Shown piece after piece: positions 38,601 to 50,124 of a DNA stretch of 64,000 nt. The notes beneath the pieces are model-generated. The model saw only the letters and a list, made by a program, of their open reading frames with translations, was not told where the DNA came from and searched no databases. The stretch's first letter is position 1. Each line of letters begins with the position of its first letter. A program made the translations under genes and the position numbers. Source of the stretch: Eukaryota sp. TZLM1-RC (taxonomy: Eukaryota > Protista > Metamonada: BaSk clade); the NCBI GenBank assembly GCA_040285825.1, contig JAUPSS010000008.1, forward strand, positions 1,116,001 through 1,180,000, written 5' to 3'.

Positions 38601-39785
38601 GCGCTGACGGAAAGCACCATGGTGTACACTAGAACTAGCGTGGGAGCTAGATTGGAGGGGTGTGAGTTGAGCAGGTGTAAAGAATGTTCCTCTTCTAGCT
38701 TGAATCATCCTATCAAGTCATTCCCTGTGTCTCCAGTTGCGTTCCTCTTGAAGATGACGCTCTAAATATTGTTTAGAGACCTCACCAGTGACTCTGTCAA
38801 ATTCAGATGAAGGTGCAGCGGGAGAAACCTGAGGTTAAGTTTCAGAGCAGAATTCCTTGGAAGGTTCCTCATAATCAACGAGGTCTGAAAAGATTTGCTC
38901 GTACCTTTTCTTTGCTCTTCAGAAAGATACGCAGGAAGGTTCGAAGCACTAACAGTGGAATCATTAGCCTGGGGAGGGGAAAGCAGGTTGTTAACTCCAC
39001 GTACTGCTGTTGAAGTGAGAATAGATCCTGAAACTGGGACAACAGGATTTTGACTTGAACTTCTTACAGTTGGAACTGAAGGAAGTTGGTGAGAGGGTGA
39101 AACCTCAGATTCAGAGTAAGGAGATGAAGTTGGAACTTCAGAGTCCTTTTGAGAAGAAGAAGGTTGAACTCCAGTCCCTTCTTTAATAGCATGGAGAGGT
39201 TGAACTGACTCTATGCTTTGGATAGAAGATGAAGGTGGTACTTCAAAGCTTCTAAAATTGTGGGGAGAAGGTGGGACTTCAGATTCCCTAAATGAAGAAG
39301 GGTGAGTAGCTTCGGAATCCTCAACATCCTCATCGTCATGGGAGACTAACGAGGGACTTCTTACTTCCGAAGGAACAGAATCCTTGGGAGGGTTATCTCC
39401 TCTCGAAGAAGCAGAATCCTTGGGAGAGATGTCTCCTTCCTTCCATAGGAGCGGAATCCTCTGGAGAAGAGTTATCTTCCTTTGGGGTAGAACCCTCGGG
39501 AGGAGAGTTTTCAGGAAGCGCAGGAGCTTCTACTGAAGGAGGGAGCACGGGAGCTTGGTTTGCGGCTAGATGAGAAGAAGAGGGACCAGTCTCTTTTTCT
39601 GGGATCCGGCGTTGAGCCGTTGACGACTCAATACGTATTGATGGTCTTGGCTGGTTAGTGTCAGACATATAGGGTAAATGTAAAGAAATTTATTATGAAG
39701 AGGAATTGTATTCTTTCTTCTTATACTATTAGGCGGATACTAAATGAACTAAACTATTAGCTATAAATACTATTCAAGACTAACA
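32638..39785 (-). mobile_element. Near full-length degenerate Ty3/gypsy (chromovirus-like) LTR retrotransposon
   Basis: ~150-bp LTRs 32638-32787 and 39636-39785. gag CNFC..GH....C; protease IIDFGATCS; RT DLPKAFWQ/YIDD; RNase H CDASD; integrase HSDNGPEF; chromo-like tail. No matching TSD. Confidence 0.9.
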
Positions 39786-39886
39786 GTGTGACACAAAGTG
39801 GTACAAATTGAAAAATGTTAGCAAAAGTAGATACTTCTAATAGTTAATGGAATGAGAGCAGCATCTAATTGAGACATCTGATTGAA

Positions 39887-39963
39887 TCAGATACACAAAA
39901 AAGGGATTAGGTCGGGAAGGGAAAAGAAAAGGGATTAGTATTCAACCTAAAATTTAACTACAG
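39887..39963 (+). promoter_or_regulatory. G-rich conserved upstream motif (copy B, before CSN6)
   Basis: Same motif as 5495-5588. Ends 39 nt before the ATG at 40003. Confidence 0.65.
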
Positions 39964-40002
39964 TAATAAAGGTCTTTTTGTACAAAAAAGAGTTAAGTTG
40001 AC

Positions 40003-40920
40003 ATGAGCATTGTAGCACCACTTGCGGTGCTTAACATCACTGACCATCTTACCAGAAATGCTGCATCTTCACTACCATCCTCTTTGCCTCATAGAGCCCG
40101 AGGTTTTCTTCTTGGCAAGTTTGAAGGAAATATTGTTTCAATAGTCACTGCATTTCCTTCATTGACAGTTCAAACTGATGATGGCTCTGTGATATTTGAT
40201 CCCGAATTCGCCCAAGCTCGATTCGATCAATACACTGCAGTGTTTAAAACTCTTTACATTGTTGGGACATATACTTTTGGATATGATCTTCTTGATCTGG
40301 AGGAGGAGTCAATTAAATGCAGAAACATATTAAACACTCTATCTCAAAACAATGCTGATATTCTACCAAACCAAGCAACCCTTTTGACAATTAGTACAAC
40401 CACTGATCGAAGCAGAAAGGGGTCCTCCCTTATCAATCTGTATGATGTTTCTGTCAGTCCTCCAACAGAACTTACACTATCAATACATTCATCAGAACCT
40501 GAAAGAGTCTGTCTGGAGAATCTACATAAAGGAACTGATGAATCCTTCAAGTCCTCATTGGAGAGCTTTGAAAAGAGAATCAGTCCACTTTCTGATTCTG
40601 TAAATATTTTACAAGATCAACTAACAACATTAGCGGACTATTTAACCAAGGTCAGCAAAGGAGAAGCACCTTACAACTCGGATCTTTTGAAATTAATCAA
40701 TGCAATTTACTCTTCCCTTCCACAAACTTCTGAAGGGCTTGTTTTCAGTGACAATAGCAATGGATTAGATGTGCTTTCCACGTCAACTGCTTTCTTAATG
40801 ACAGCTGCGAACAAAGCTTTAGACATTACCAAATCAATAGATGTTTTACCAAGGATGAGGGAAAGTGAAGGACATTTAAGTAGAATGAGGGATGTTTATA
40901 GGGGTGAATTTCGGTTGTAA
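40003..40920 (+). CDS. CSN6: COP9 signalosome subunit 6 (MPN- domain)
   Basis: PLAVLNITDHLTR, GFLLGKFEG, QYTAVFKTLYIVGTY and EPERVCLE follow the CSN6 pattern. Confidence 0.75.
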   Translation: MSIVAPLAVLNITDHLTRNAASSLPSSLPHRARGFLLGKFEGNIVSIVTAFPSLTVQTDDGSVIFDPEFAQARFDQYTAVFKTLYIVGTYTFGYDLLDLEEESIKCRNILNTLSQNNADILPNQATLLTISTTTDRSRKGSSLINLYDVSVSPPTELTLSIHSSEPERVCLENLHKGTDESFKSSLESFEKRISPLSDSVNILQDQLTTLADYLTKVSKGEAPYNSDLLKLINAIYSSLPQTSEGLVFSDNSNGLDVLSTSTAFLMTAANKALDITKSIDVLPRMRESEGHLSRMRDVYRGEFRL

Positions 40921-41094
40921 CTTAGTACAAAATACAATATTTTTGATACATGTTCAGTTCTTGATATAAAAACTATAGAGAAACTCCGAATTAACCATAT
41001 GCTGCTAAGTTTTGACATTGAGTTCCATGGAAATGACCTGAAATAAATATCCAGCGATTGATATCAATATCACTATATCAAGATAGTAAGACAA

Positions 41095-42715
41095 GAACAT
41101 TTATGTAATGTGCAAATCATATCGAGTAGATTCCTTTTTAGAGCCGTTGTTATCAAAATTAATTCTTGATGACCCCCTTTGAAGTACACTCTTCGAACAT
41201 TACAGAAAAGATTGACTGGAATGTATGAAAAAGATCTTTATAATAATATATGCAGCTCGGCTGTTTTAAATCAAGATCTTCACTCATTGTTGTTGGAAAA
41301 GGGTGTTTGTGAAAACAAGTCGTCAGATTCTTCACTTTTTGTAACCATTGTACCACGAAGATTTGGATTGTGTGCCACTAATGAAGCATTTGTAACAAAA
41401 ATGAGATTATATTTGAACATCCCCATTAATCAATTATTATCAAAAGAAAAATGTATTTGTTCGAATTCACCTCAACTCACTTTGCGCCATGCTCTGAATT
41501 GCTCTAAATTGATAACTTATCGTTCTTCATTACATGATGCTGTTAGAGACACTGTTTTCAATATGGCACAAACTGCACGGATATCGTGTATCAAAGAGCC
41601 CTTGCTGAAGGAAACACTTTCTCTGAATAATTTTGGTTCTGATGATAGAGGAGATGTATACTGTGGTTGGATTGATAATTCTGAAGCTATTGTTGACTTT
41701 GTCTCATGTAATGTTGCAAATGATACTTTGGTTCACAGAAGAAAACTTAATCCGGTGGCTGCTCTGGATTTCAAAGAAAAAGAGAAACATAGAAAATATG
41801 ATAAAAATATTGAAGAGGCAAATGTCGATAGAAATACACAGCTGGTTTTTATTGCTTTCCCATTTTCGATAAATGGAAGATTATCAGTTGAAGCAGAAAC
41901 TTTTTTGGATGACTTCCAAAAAATGGTGCATGAAAAAACAATGAAAAGATTTGATATTATTTTATGGCGTTCACGGATTCAATTTGCCATTATTAATAGA
42001 TTACCTCGGTTTTTCAATCGAATTAGAGAAGCTTTAGCTAGACAGCAAGCAAATCAAGATTTTGTAGAGGAAATCTTGGTTCAATGATAGTCGTCCCATT
42101 AGTATTGAGTTAATTTAATTAAGTGTGCAAATTCAATAAATATTTGATGATTCCAATATTGATAGTACGCGTTACAACAGAGCTTCTATGGGTCTGACAA
42201 GAGGTGATCTAGTTGTTCCCGGTTTAAATGGTAGTTTTACTATTTTAGACGCCATGTCTATTGACCCTTGTAATTCTTCTAACGAACATCTCATTAACTC
42301 GGATGTAAATGATCCTCTTCTTGCAGGCGAAAAATATACAATTGCTAAATATGCGAAACCCATTTCCTCGGTTAATGAAAATTCTCATGCCCGATATAAT
42401 TTATGTCCCTTTGTGTTTTCTTTGCTTGGATCTCTAGGTAAGGCTGTTATGGCTTTCATTGAGGATTTTGATTTAGTTGTAAAGGAAAGAATTGGAAGAA
42501 TCTTCAATCGTGTTTACTGGCAAAACAGGATTGTATTTTCTATTTTTAAGGGAATTGTAAAACTACTTTCTGATTCACTCTTTTTTTTTGGGAAATTTTC
42601 TGAATCTTTACCAATTAATTGTTTTGATGTAGGGGAGGCAGGTTTTGAGGATGTGGAGTTTTAATTGTGTATTTTATGTTTTCATATTTGTTGATGAATA
42701 AAATTAAAATAAAAG
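41095..42715 (+). mobile_element. CRE-like family B 3' portion with a 5'-truncated family A copy (~41178-42143) nested in it
   Basis: Family B sequence (FLEPLLS... then ...RGDLVVPG) is split by ORF 41179..42087. Imperfect duplication TTGATGA..CC at both junctions. Confidence 0.8.
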
Positions 42716-43590
42716 GAAAAAAAAGAACATCAGTTTGATCACAATTCTATTTTATAGTTTTTTGTTTTACTAAAGGTCAACGGCAATTTCAACACAAAAA
42801 AAGCACTTTAATACTAATGGATGATTATGGAAAAAACGGTTTTCAAAACTTGAAACATCATAGACCTACTCAAGGAATTGGAAGGATTCGATTTCCGAAG
42901 AGAAATGGATTTGAAGTTTTGATGATTAATGATGTTTCAATTCAGCAAAATGTTTTGTTTGATCTGAAAAGATTGATACGTTTTCGAAAGTAACCAATTC
43001 CAGATTCTATAAGGGAGAAAAGAATCCGGTTACTAAATGTCATGGTTTATTAGCCTGTGATACTGTTGTGGTAAACTCAGTAACAACGGCTCAACAAAGC
43101 TTCTCAATAGAAATAGTCTGGCATGCCTTAATCAGTTTGCAATTGGTGAAGCCAGAATGAATGGTAATGAAAAGTTTCATTATTTGAGTTGTAGATAGTT
43201 TTTGTAATTTTTCCGTATGGAAATTGATCGTGTACTTATAGGACTTTCCCGATTGATATGATCAATGTTTCAATGAAAAATGAGGTTCGTGGAGCTTAAC
43301 AAAACGTCACTGGAAATTGTCATTCCTTTTTTTATGAAATTATGTCGGTAATCATTTTTCAAAACAAAATTAAGTTAAAATTAGTCAAAATATCTCTTTT
43401 GACCAGAAAAGCACTTGAAGCATTGTCGACCAAACTATCTAATCATCTTAAAACAATCAAGTGTTTGTCAGGTAAATCAAATGATCAACTGGAATCCCAT
43501 TTTCTTCAGAATCCCACTATCCACACATAAGTCTCCACAAAAAAAAGTAAAACTACACATGTTTATTAGGCAAAATGTAACAAAAAAGGG

Positions 43591-44172
43591 TCAACAACAG
43601 GTTCTGGAATGGGAAGATTTCTCTGGCTCTATATCAGCCATGTTGTCTTCTGATGACAGAAACTTCTCAATTGTTAACTCTTCTATATGTTTGAACAAAT
43701 TGTTTACATTTAAACCAGTTTTTGCTGAGGTTTTGAACAGCTTCTTGATGTTGTTGTCAGTCATGAAGGAATTGACATAAGATTCAGATACAATCCATGC
43801 TCGTTTACCTATCAGATCCATTTTAGTAGCTACAAGAATGATTGTACATCCTGTAGCAATTTCTTTGACCTCCCTTACCCACGATTCAGCTGTACCAAAA
43901 GTATTCTGATCTGGATCAAAGCACACCAGAGCAAGATCTGCATTTCGCACATATTGTGTGGTAATTGACCGAAATTGTTCCATACCCGCTGTATCCCATA
44001 TGTTTAAGGTGATGCCCCCTGGAACTAAGTCATGAGATATATTGTGTGCCAAGAACGCAACACCGATTGTGTTACTTTTCTCAATGAACTGGTTGTTGAT
44101 GAAGCGATGCAGCAAGCATGTCTTTCCCACTCCACAAGCACCCAAGATACAGAGCTTGATATCTTTGGGCAT
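43591..44172 (-). CDS. Rab family small GTPase
   Basis: GACGVGKT, TIGVAF, WDTAGME, ATKMD, TSAK, C-terminal CC. Confidence 0.92.
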   Translation of the reverse strand: MPKDIKLCILGACGVGKTCLLHRFINNQFIEKSNTIGVAFLAHNISHDLVPGGITLNIWDTAGMEQFRSITTQYVRNADLALVCFDPDQNTFGTAESWVREVKEIATGCTIILVATKMDLIGKRAWIVSESYVNSFMTDNNIKKLFKTSAKTGLNVNNLFKHIEELTIEKFLSSEDNMADIEPEKSSHSRTCC

Positions 44173-45244
44173 TAAAAGAAGGTATGATATCTGGTGATAA
44201 GAGTTTCAATCGATAACAGTCAAATTGATCACTTTCACCAGCATTTGAAATTTGAGCTACAAGGTACTACTTGGTGTTCTATTGAATCATGCTTCAAACC
44301 ACCACTTCTTTTTAATTATATATATCACCATTTAATAAACTGAATTTTAAACTCTATAACTTTGAACGGTGATTTATTGATTGCTATCTTCAATAAAGTC
44401 ACCAAGTATCGTTCGTGCCTCATTTCAGGAGTGCTCTATTGAAGGATATTCTAATCCACAATACATTCAGTAATAAAGGCAAAAAGAACTTTTAAATGCA
44501 TACATAAGATTGATCGTTAGAGCGTTAACCGGCTATGAAGGGTATTTGATCTACCAAACACTGTTTAGCTTTAAATCTCTAAAAACTATTAGTTCCTATC
44601 TTCTCGACTATGATAAATTCAGAATTTATGATTCTTCAAACCACTCCTTATTGCACTTTTGGTTTTAAACAGAATTGTTCAACATTTCAAAATAAAAAAA
44701 TAAAAAATACAATATATATTTTTAACTTTGCAATTATTCAATGTTTATCCAAAAGGAATAAGTAATACAGAATTGTTGTTTTTCAGAATTTCCAATAATG
44801 GTTGTGTTGAACAGTGACTTTATGAGCTGAATAGTTTCAAACAGAAAAAGAAAATCTAGAAAGTGTAATCAAAATTTTCAGAACCAAATAGCTGAATTTA
44901 CCAGCTACAAATCATTGACACTTCTGAACATTTGACAGTGTGTTATAGTTCAACAGAGATGAAATCACTGGCCAAAAGTATCCAATTTTAAGAGCATATA
45001 GGTAAGTTAACAGAACTCGGTGCCAACTTTAATTCATTCATGTTGTGAATGTTAAAGTAATGGCAACTGGTGAATCAAGTTTATTGAATAGTAATCCTGA
45101 TTCATTTTGGTTTAGGTTTAGTAGCAGAATAGAAGTCATATTTTAATCTGTTTTGAGTGACTTAAATTCGAGTGTATTTTCTGACAATACTAGAAAAACA
45201 ATTTAGTGTGAGTGCTGAAAAACTTTAATACAAATTAATAAATT

Positions 45245-45340
45245 ATCTATCAAATTCCAAAATTTGTCAACCCATTGTCGACTTCTGGTTGCCTATTCTG
45301 GCAGGTTTTTAACCCTCAACTGGGTTTTGAAGGTTTTCCC
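45245..45340 (-). repeat. Orphan copy of the Fanzor 5' leader
   Basis: ATCTATCAAATT...GACTTCTGGTTGCCTATTCTGG..GGTTTTTAACCCTCAACT.GGTTTTG matches 4262-4352. No Fanzor ORF follows. Confidence 0.75.
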
Positions 45341-46558
45341 TTCTCCCTCACCTTTCAATAACCTCATGAATTGTGCTGTAAAAGGTAGTAATTTCCACAC
45401 TTATAATTTTCATTTTTGAAGCACTATTTCACCTACTATCGCTATCACTCACCTAATTGAATCACTTGTGTTTGGATTAGAGTATTCTCAGGTGGTTGGC
45501 GTCCATATGGGTATTATTAAGAATCTACTTCTTTCTTCGGCCTTCGGGGTTCTAATAGATTTTAACCATTATTTTGGTTTTCTGTTTCATTCAATCTCCT
45601 TTTTCCTTTTTCTTTAGCTCATCTATCTTTAAACTCACAACAACAAACTCGGTCCATATTTTTTTGAAGTCCATCACAACAAATGATTTTCCTCTTTACT
45701 TTTGCACGATCTGACAGTTTGAAAGCACCGTTTCGTATGGTATACATCATCCGCTTTTTCATATGAGCATTGTTTCATGTGAATTTGGGGAGACCATTAC
45801 AAGGGCAAAAATATCTCAATTTTGGTTATTACCTTATTTTATTTTTTGTACAAGTTCTGCCTATGGATATTTCATCATTTAGCCACACTGATATTTGTCC
45901 AATTTCTTCTCAATTTTATTATTCGGGTATTTATGTTCTTTGTTTGTATTATAGCGCTATTCAATACACATCTTGTCGTGTTGCTCTTTCTCTATTTGGA
46001 AGACTTGCTGACCGCGCCTTGTCAATGTTGTTTGATTTTGAAAGTATTGTAGAGAACCATAAATCAAATTTTGGAGGAAACTTATTAGCAAAATTGTGGT
46101 ACATTTGTCATTTTAAAATCCATTCTTGTTGAGCTCTCACAAAGTGTCTTATCGATAATTTGCAATGTGGAGTTGAAATTTTTGCCCTCATGTTAAGCTG
46201 AATTAATTTCAGAATTCTAATTTACAGAGTATTTATTGTGTTTTTGGTTTTATAGTTGTGATCCTGCCGTTAATGGACGTTAATCATATTTATTATTATT
46301 AATTCTTTATTGTTAATTTTTAGAGCTGAATGACAGCTAAAAATAAGAGAACAAGACTGTTGGAATCCAGATCTTATCCAATTTAGCAATAAAAATGGGA
46401 GTAAGATTCTTATTGCATGTATTTCAAATTATATTCAACTTCTTTGGTTCCGGAGCTATTCGAAATATTTATCGCTGATTGAACAATTAATACAGTACAT
46501 TTTTATTTTTTTTGTGTTTCAAAGGATGGTGTAAATCAACGAGGAGCAGGATGCACTA

Positions 46559-48277
46559 ATGTCTTATCTCTATTTCAATTTTGGAGAATCAAGTCAAAAA
46601 AATCAACTATCAACCATCCTCATGCTTGCTGCATTTGATTTTGCTTCGTTTGTGTTTCCCTACGGTGCCCTTGCTTTATTGGTTTTTGCATGTACATATT
46701 TCTTCTTTAAAACAAAGCGTGTTCTCTCTCCTCTTTCTCTCAAATCATATGTGCGCTATACGGCGGTGCTGTTTAGCTTTTCCTTCACTGTTTTTCTCAT
46801 TATCTTTCTTTCTTTATCTGTACATTTCTTTTTTGTCTTTGTATTATCCAGTTTTCCACTGGTTCTACATTTCCTTTTCACATCTTATTTACCCTTCAGA
46901 AACAGACCGCTTCTTTCAGATACATCTATACCACTTGTACCTCTCAATGTAAATGACTCTCCCTCATCTCCACTGTTTTCGGATTCTAGTTCATCCAAAC
47001 AACTCAAAGCCGTCAAAACTAAGCTGTTGCTCTATATTATCATCTATCTCTTGTTGATCGCGATTTTCTCTGGCTCATGCTTTACATCCTCTCCGCATGC
47101 TTCTCTCTCTACTTACCTTACCCGATACATTTCCTCCTTTGGTGCTTGTTCCTCTTCACTTTGTTCTTTCTACTCCCTCGTCACCCCAGATCCTTCTTCG
47201 TCTCTTGAACTGAGAGCAGTTGGTAATCCAAGGTTTAGTAGTGAAACTGAGATTACTGCAGTTTTGGTCGATAGTGGTCAAGTGAAAGTGGAGCACTTGA
47301 ATGTAGTTGTTGACCGTCTGTCAGCAATCGGAAACTACTGGGTGGCAATCATAAAAGTCGATAATTTACTACCTCAATCCATTTATCACTTCACCATCAC
47401 CACCAGAGATGACGTTTACAACATCTCTTTGTCCACGTTGCCTGCGGTTGGCGATATTCAAGTGTTAAATGGTGCCGGGTTTGGGGATTATTCCCAGTCA
47501 TTTTCATTTCTGAGTTCGTTAATTTCTGGTAAATTCTTCAATCAAGGGTCACAATTATCGACTAATTTTGACCTCTTTTTGATTGGTGGGGGATACGTTT
47601 CTGATTATGGAGTTTTTCATTGTGCGTTTTGTTATTTAAATTTCTTTAGCCATTATCAAACTAGTTTAGGAAGAAATTCCTCTCGGGGTCTCAAATTGCT
47701 TCCCATTTTACCTTTAATTTCACACACTGAAACATTTAAATTAGATTATAATTCCAATTCAGCTACTTTATTCGATTTCTATTTTAATTCTACATTATCT
47801 TCTTCTACTGCTTATCAATTACCCAATAACTTGAAGTTATTAGCCCTGGACTCGGGACATCTTGTTCCCCCAAGTGATCAAAATAGTTTTATTGATGACG
47901 AATTATCAAAGTCTAAAGTGATTGCAGCGTATAACTACCCTTTGTTTTCTCTTTTTAATGAGGAATTTGTAAATAATTCGTGGCAAAAGTTTGTCAGTAA
48001 TTCTAATTTAGTCATGGGAGTCGAACATTATTCCAAAATTGCCAAGTTTTTTACTATCAACAACACCACTTTTATTGGAGAAGGGGTAATTAATGGTAAA
48101 AGTACAATGAAAGATGTTGATCTTCCTGAAGCTAATTTTTGGACGTCTCCTATACCACATGCTCAATGCTTAATCATCAAACAGAATTCAATTTATTTAG
48201 AAACTTGGCGGTTTGTTAATTTCGTGTTCTCAGTAGGTGCTAGGTTAGATTATTTCACAGAGGTATTCTTTGATTAA
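46559..48277 (+). CDS. Membrane-anchored purple-acid-phosphatase-like protein, probably catalytically inactive
   Basis: N-terminal TM helices, an FN3-like segment (LLPQSIYHF), and a metallophosphoesterase-like layout (LFLIGGG, LLALDSGH, YNYPLF) without the metal ligands. Confidence 0.55.
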   Translation: MSYLYFNFGESSQKNQLSTILMLAAFDFASFVFPYGALALLVFACTYFFFKTKRVLSPLSLKSYVRYTAVLFSFSFTVFLIIFLSLSVHFFFVFVLSSFPLVLHFLFTSYLPFRNRPLLSDTSIPLVPLNVNDSPSSPLFSDSSSSKQLKAVKTKLLLYIIIYLLLIAIFSGSCFTSSPHASLSTYLTRYISSFGACSSSLCSFYSLVTPDPSSSLELRAVGNPRFSSETEITAVLVDSGQVKVEHLNVVVDRLSAIGNYWVAIIKVDNLLPQSIYHFTITTRDDVYNISLSTLPAVGDIQVLNGAGFGDYSQSFSFLSSLISGKFFNQGSQLSTNFDLFLIGGGYVSDYGVFHCAFCYLNFFSHYQTSLGRNSSRGLKLLPILPLISHTETFKLDYNSNSATLFDFYFNSTLSSSTAYQLPNNLKLLALDSGHLVPPSDQNSFIDDELSKSKVIAAYNYPLFSLFNEEFVNNSWQKFVSNSNLVMGVEHYSKIAKFFTINNTTFIGEGVINGKSTMKDVDLPEANFWTSPIPHAQCLIIKQNSIYLETWRFVNFVFSVGARLDYFTEVFFD

Positions 48278-48559
48278 ATTAGAATTTAAAGGGGAATTTA
48301 TTCCAAAGTATGAAGAAAGTGTAGAATGTGGAGTTTTTTTACTTTGTGCTATTCTTATCAGTCGTTTTTTCTTTAATTTTAGTTGAGAAAGTTTTATCTT
48401 TGTTCATAAACTCACAATTTAATTTTCAACTTTAAACTCTGAACTTGCACTATTCAACTGCTGTAATGTGGGAAGGTTTTAATAAAAATTTATATAATCA
48501 ATTGATTAAAATGGTTTGATTCCACGTAGTCAGGCGGCTTTTTCAAATTTACCAATTTC

Positions 48560-50120
48560 AACAATAGTTGAAGGAATTGAAATTCAAGTCTAAGTTTTAT
48601 TCATCTGATGCTATATGTCAGCTAGGTTCGTTTTTAGGCAATAATGTTGGAATTACCAAAGAATTGTTTGAGAAATTGAACGTAATTTCCGAAAAAATGA
48701 CCGAATGATGAAATTAGATATACAGAAACATATCTAGTTTACCATTATAAGACTATGATTTAGTTCTAAGTTTAATCATATATTTCGATCTACAAATCCT
48801 CTTATCACTAGGCCTTTGGCCCAGAAGTTTAATGAATTACGTGCAAAAGTTTTGTCACAATTACTGGGATGTAAAATGTTCCAAATTCCAGATCATGCTT
48901 ATCTTAGTCCACATTATGGCGGTTTAGGGTGGACGAAGGCTTCTATTCTTACTTCATGTGCTTTTATTGGTGGATCCAGAAATGCAATCTTTGAGTTTTC
49001 CGAAAGATTTGCCGATTGGGAAGACTTATTAATGACAACACAAAGTTCTACTATTTTTGCATTAAATGAAGAAATTTCAAAAATTTATGTAGAATAATGG
49101 AGTCTATGCTTTCCCCAATCATTCAATGGCAATATTCCGGAAAAAATTTTTTTAAATTTAAAATACACTCTTCGAACATTACAGAAACGATTGACTGGAA
49201 TGTATGAAAATGATCTTTCTAATAATATACGCAGCTCAGCTGTTTTAAATCAAGATCTTCACTCATTGTTATTGGAAAAGGGTGTTTGTGAACACCAGTC
49301 ATCAGATTCCTCACTGTTTGTAACCATTGTACCACGAAGATTTGGTCTGTGTGCTACTAATGCAGCGTTTGTAACAAAAATGAGATTATGTTTGAATATC
49401 CCCATTAATCAATTATTATCAAAAGAAAAATGTATTTGTTCGAATTCATCTCAGCTCACTTTGCGACATGCTATGAAATGTTCGAAATTGATAACTTATC
49501 GTTCTTCATTACATGATGCTGTTAGAGACACTGTTTTTCATATGACACGAACTGCAAGAATCTCGTGTGTCAAAGAGCCCCTGCTGAAGGAAACACTTTC
49601 TCTGAATAATTTTGGTTCTGATGATAGAGGTGATGTATACTGTGATTGGATTGATAATTCTGAAGCTATTGTTGACTTTGTCTCATGTAATGTTGCAAAT
49701 GATACTTTGGTTCACAGAAGAAAACTTAATCCTGTGACTGCTCTTGATTTTAAAGAAAAAGAGAAACATAGAAAATATGATAAAGATATTGAAGATGCTG
49801 ATGCAAATACACAGCTGGTTTTTATTGCTTTCCCATTTTCGATAAATGGAAGATTATCAGATGAAGCAGAAACTTTTTTGAATGACTTCCAAAAAATGGT
49901 GCAAGAAAAAACACTGAAAAGATTTGATATTTTTTTATGGCGTTCACGGATTCATTTTGCCAATATTAATAGATTACCTCGGTTTTTCAATCGAATAAGA
50001 GAAGCTTTAGCTAGACAGCAAGCAGATCAAGATTTTGTAGAGGAAATTTTGGTTCAATGATAGTCGTCCCATTAGTTATGAGTTAATTTAATTAAGTGTG
50101 CAAATTCAATAAATACAAAT
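48560..50120 (+). mobile_element. 5'-truncated CRE-like family A element
   Basis: ORFs 48816..49097 and 49191..50060 are near-identical to other family A copies, with the same 3' end. Confidence 0.85.
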
Positions 50121-50124
50121 TTTG

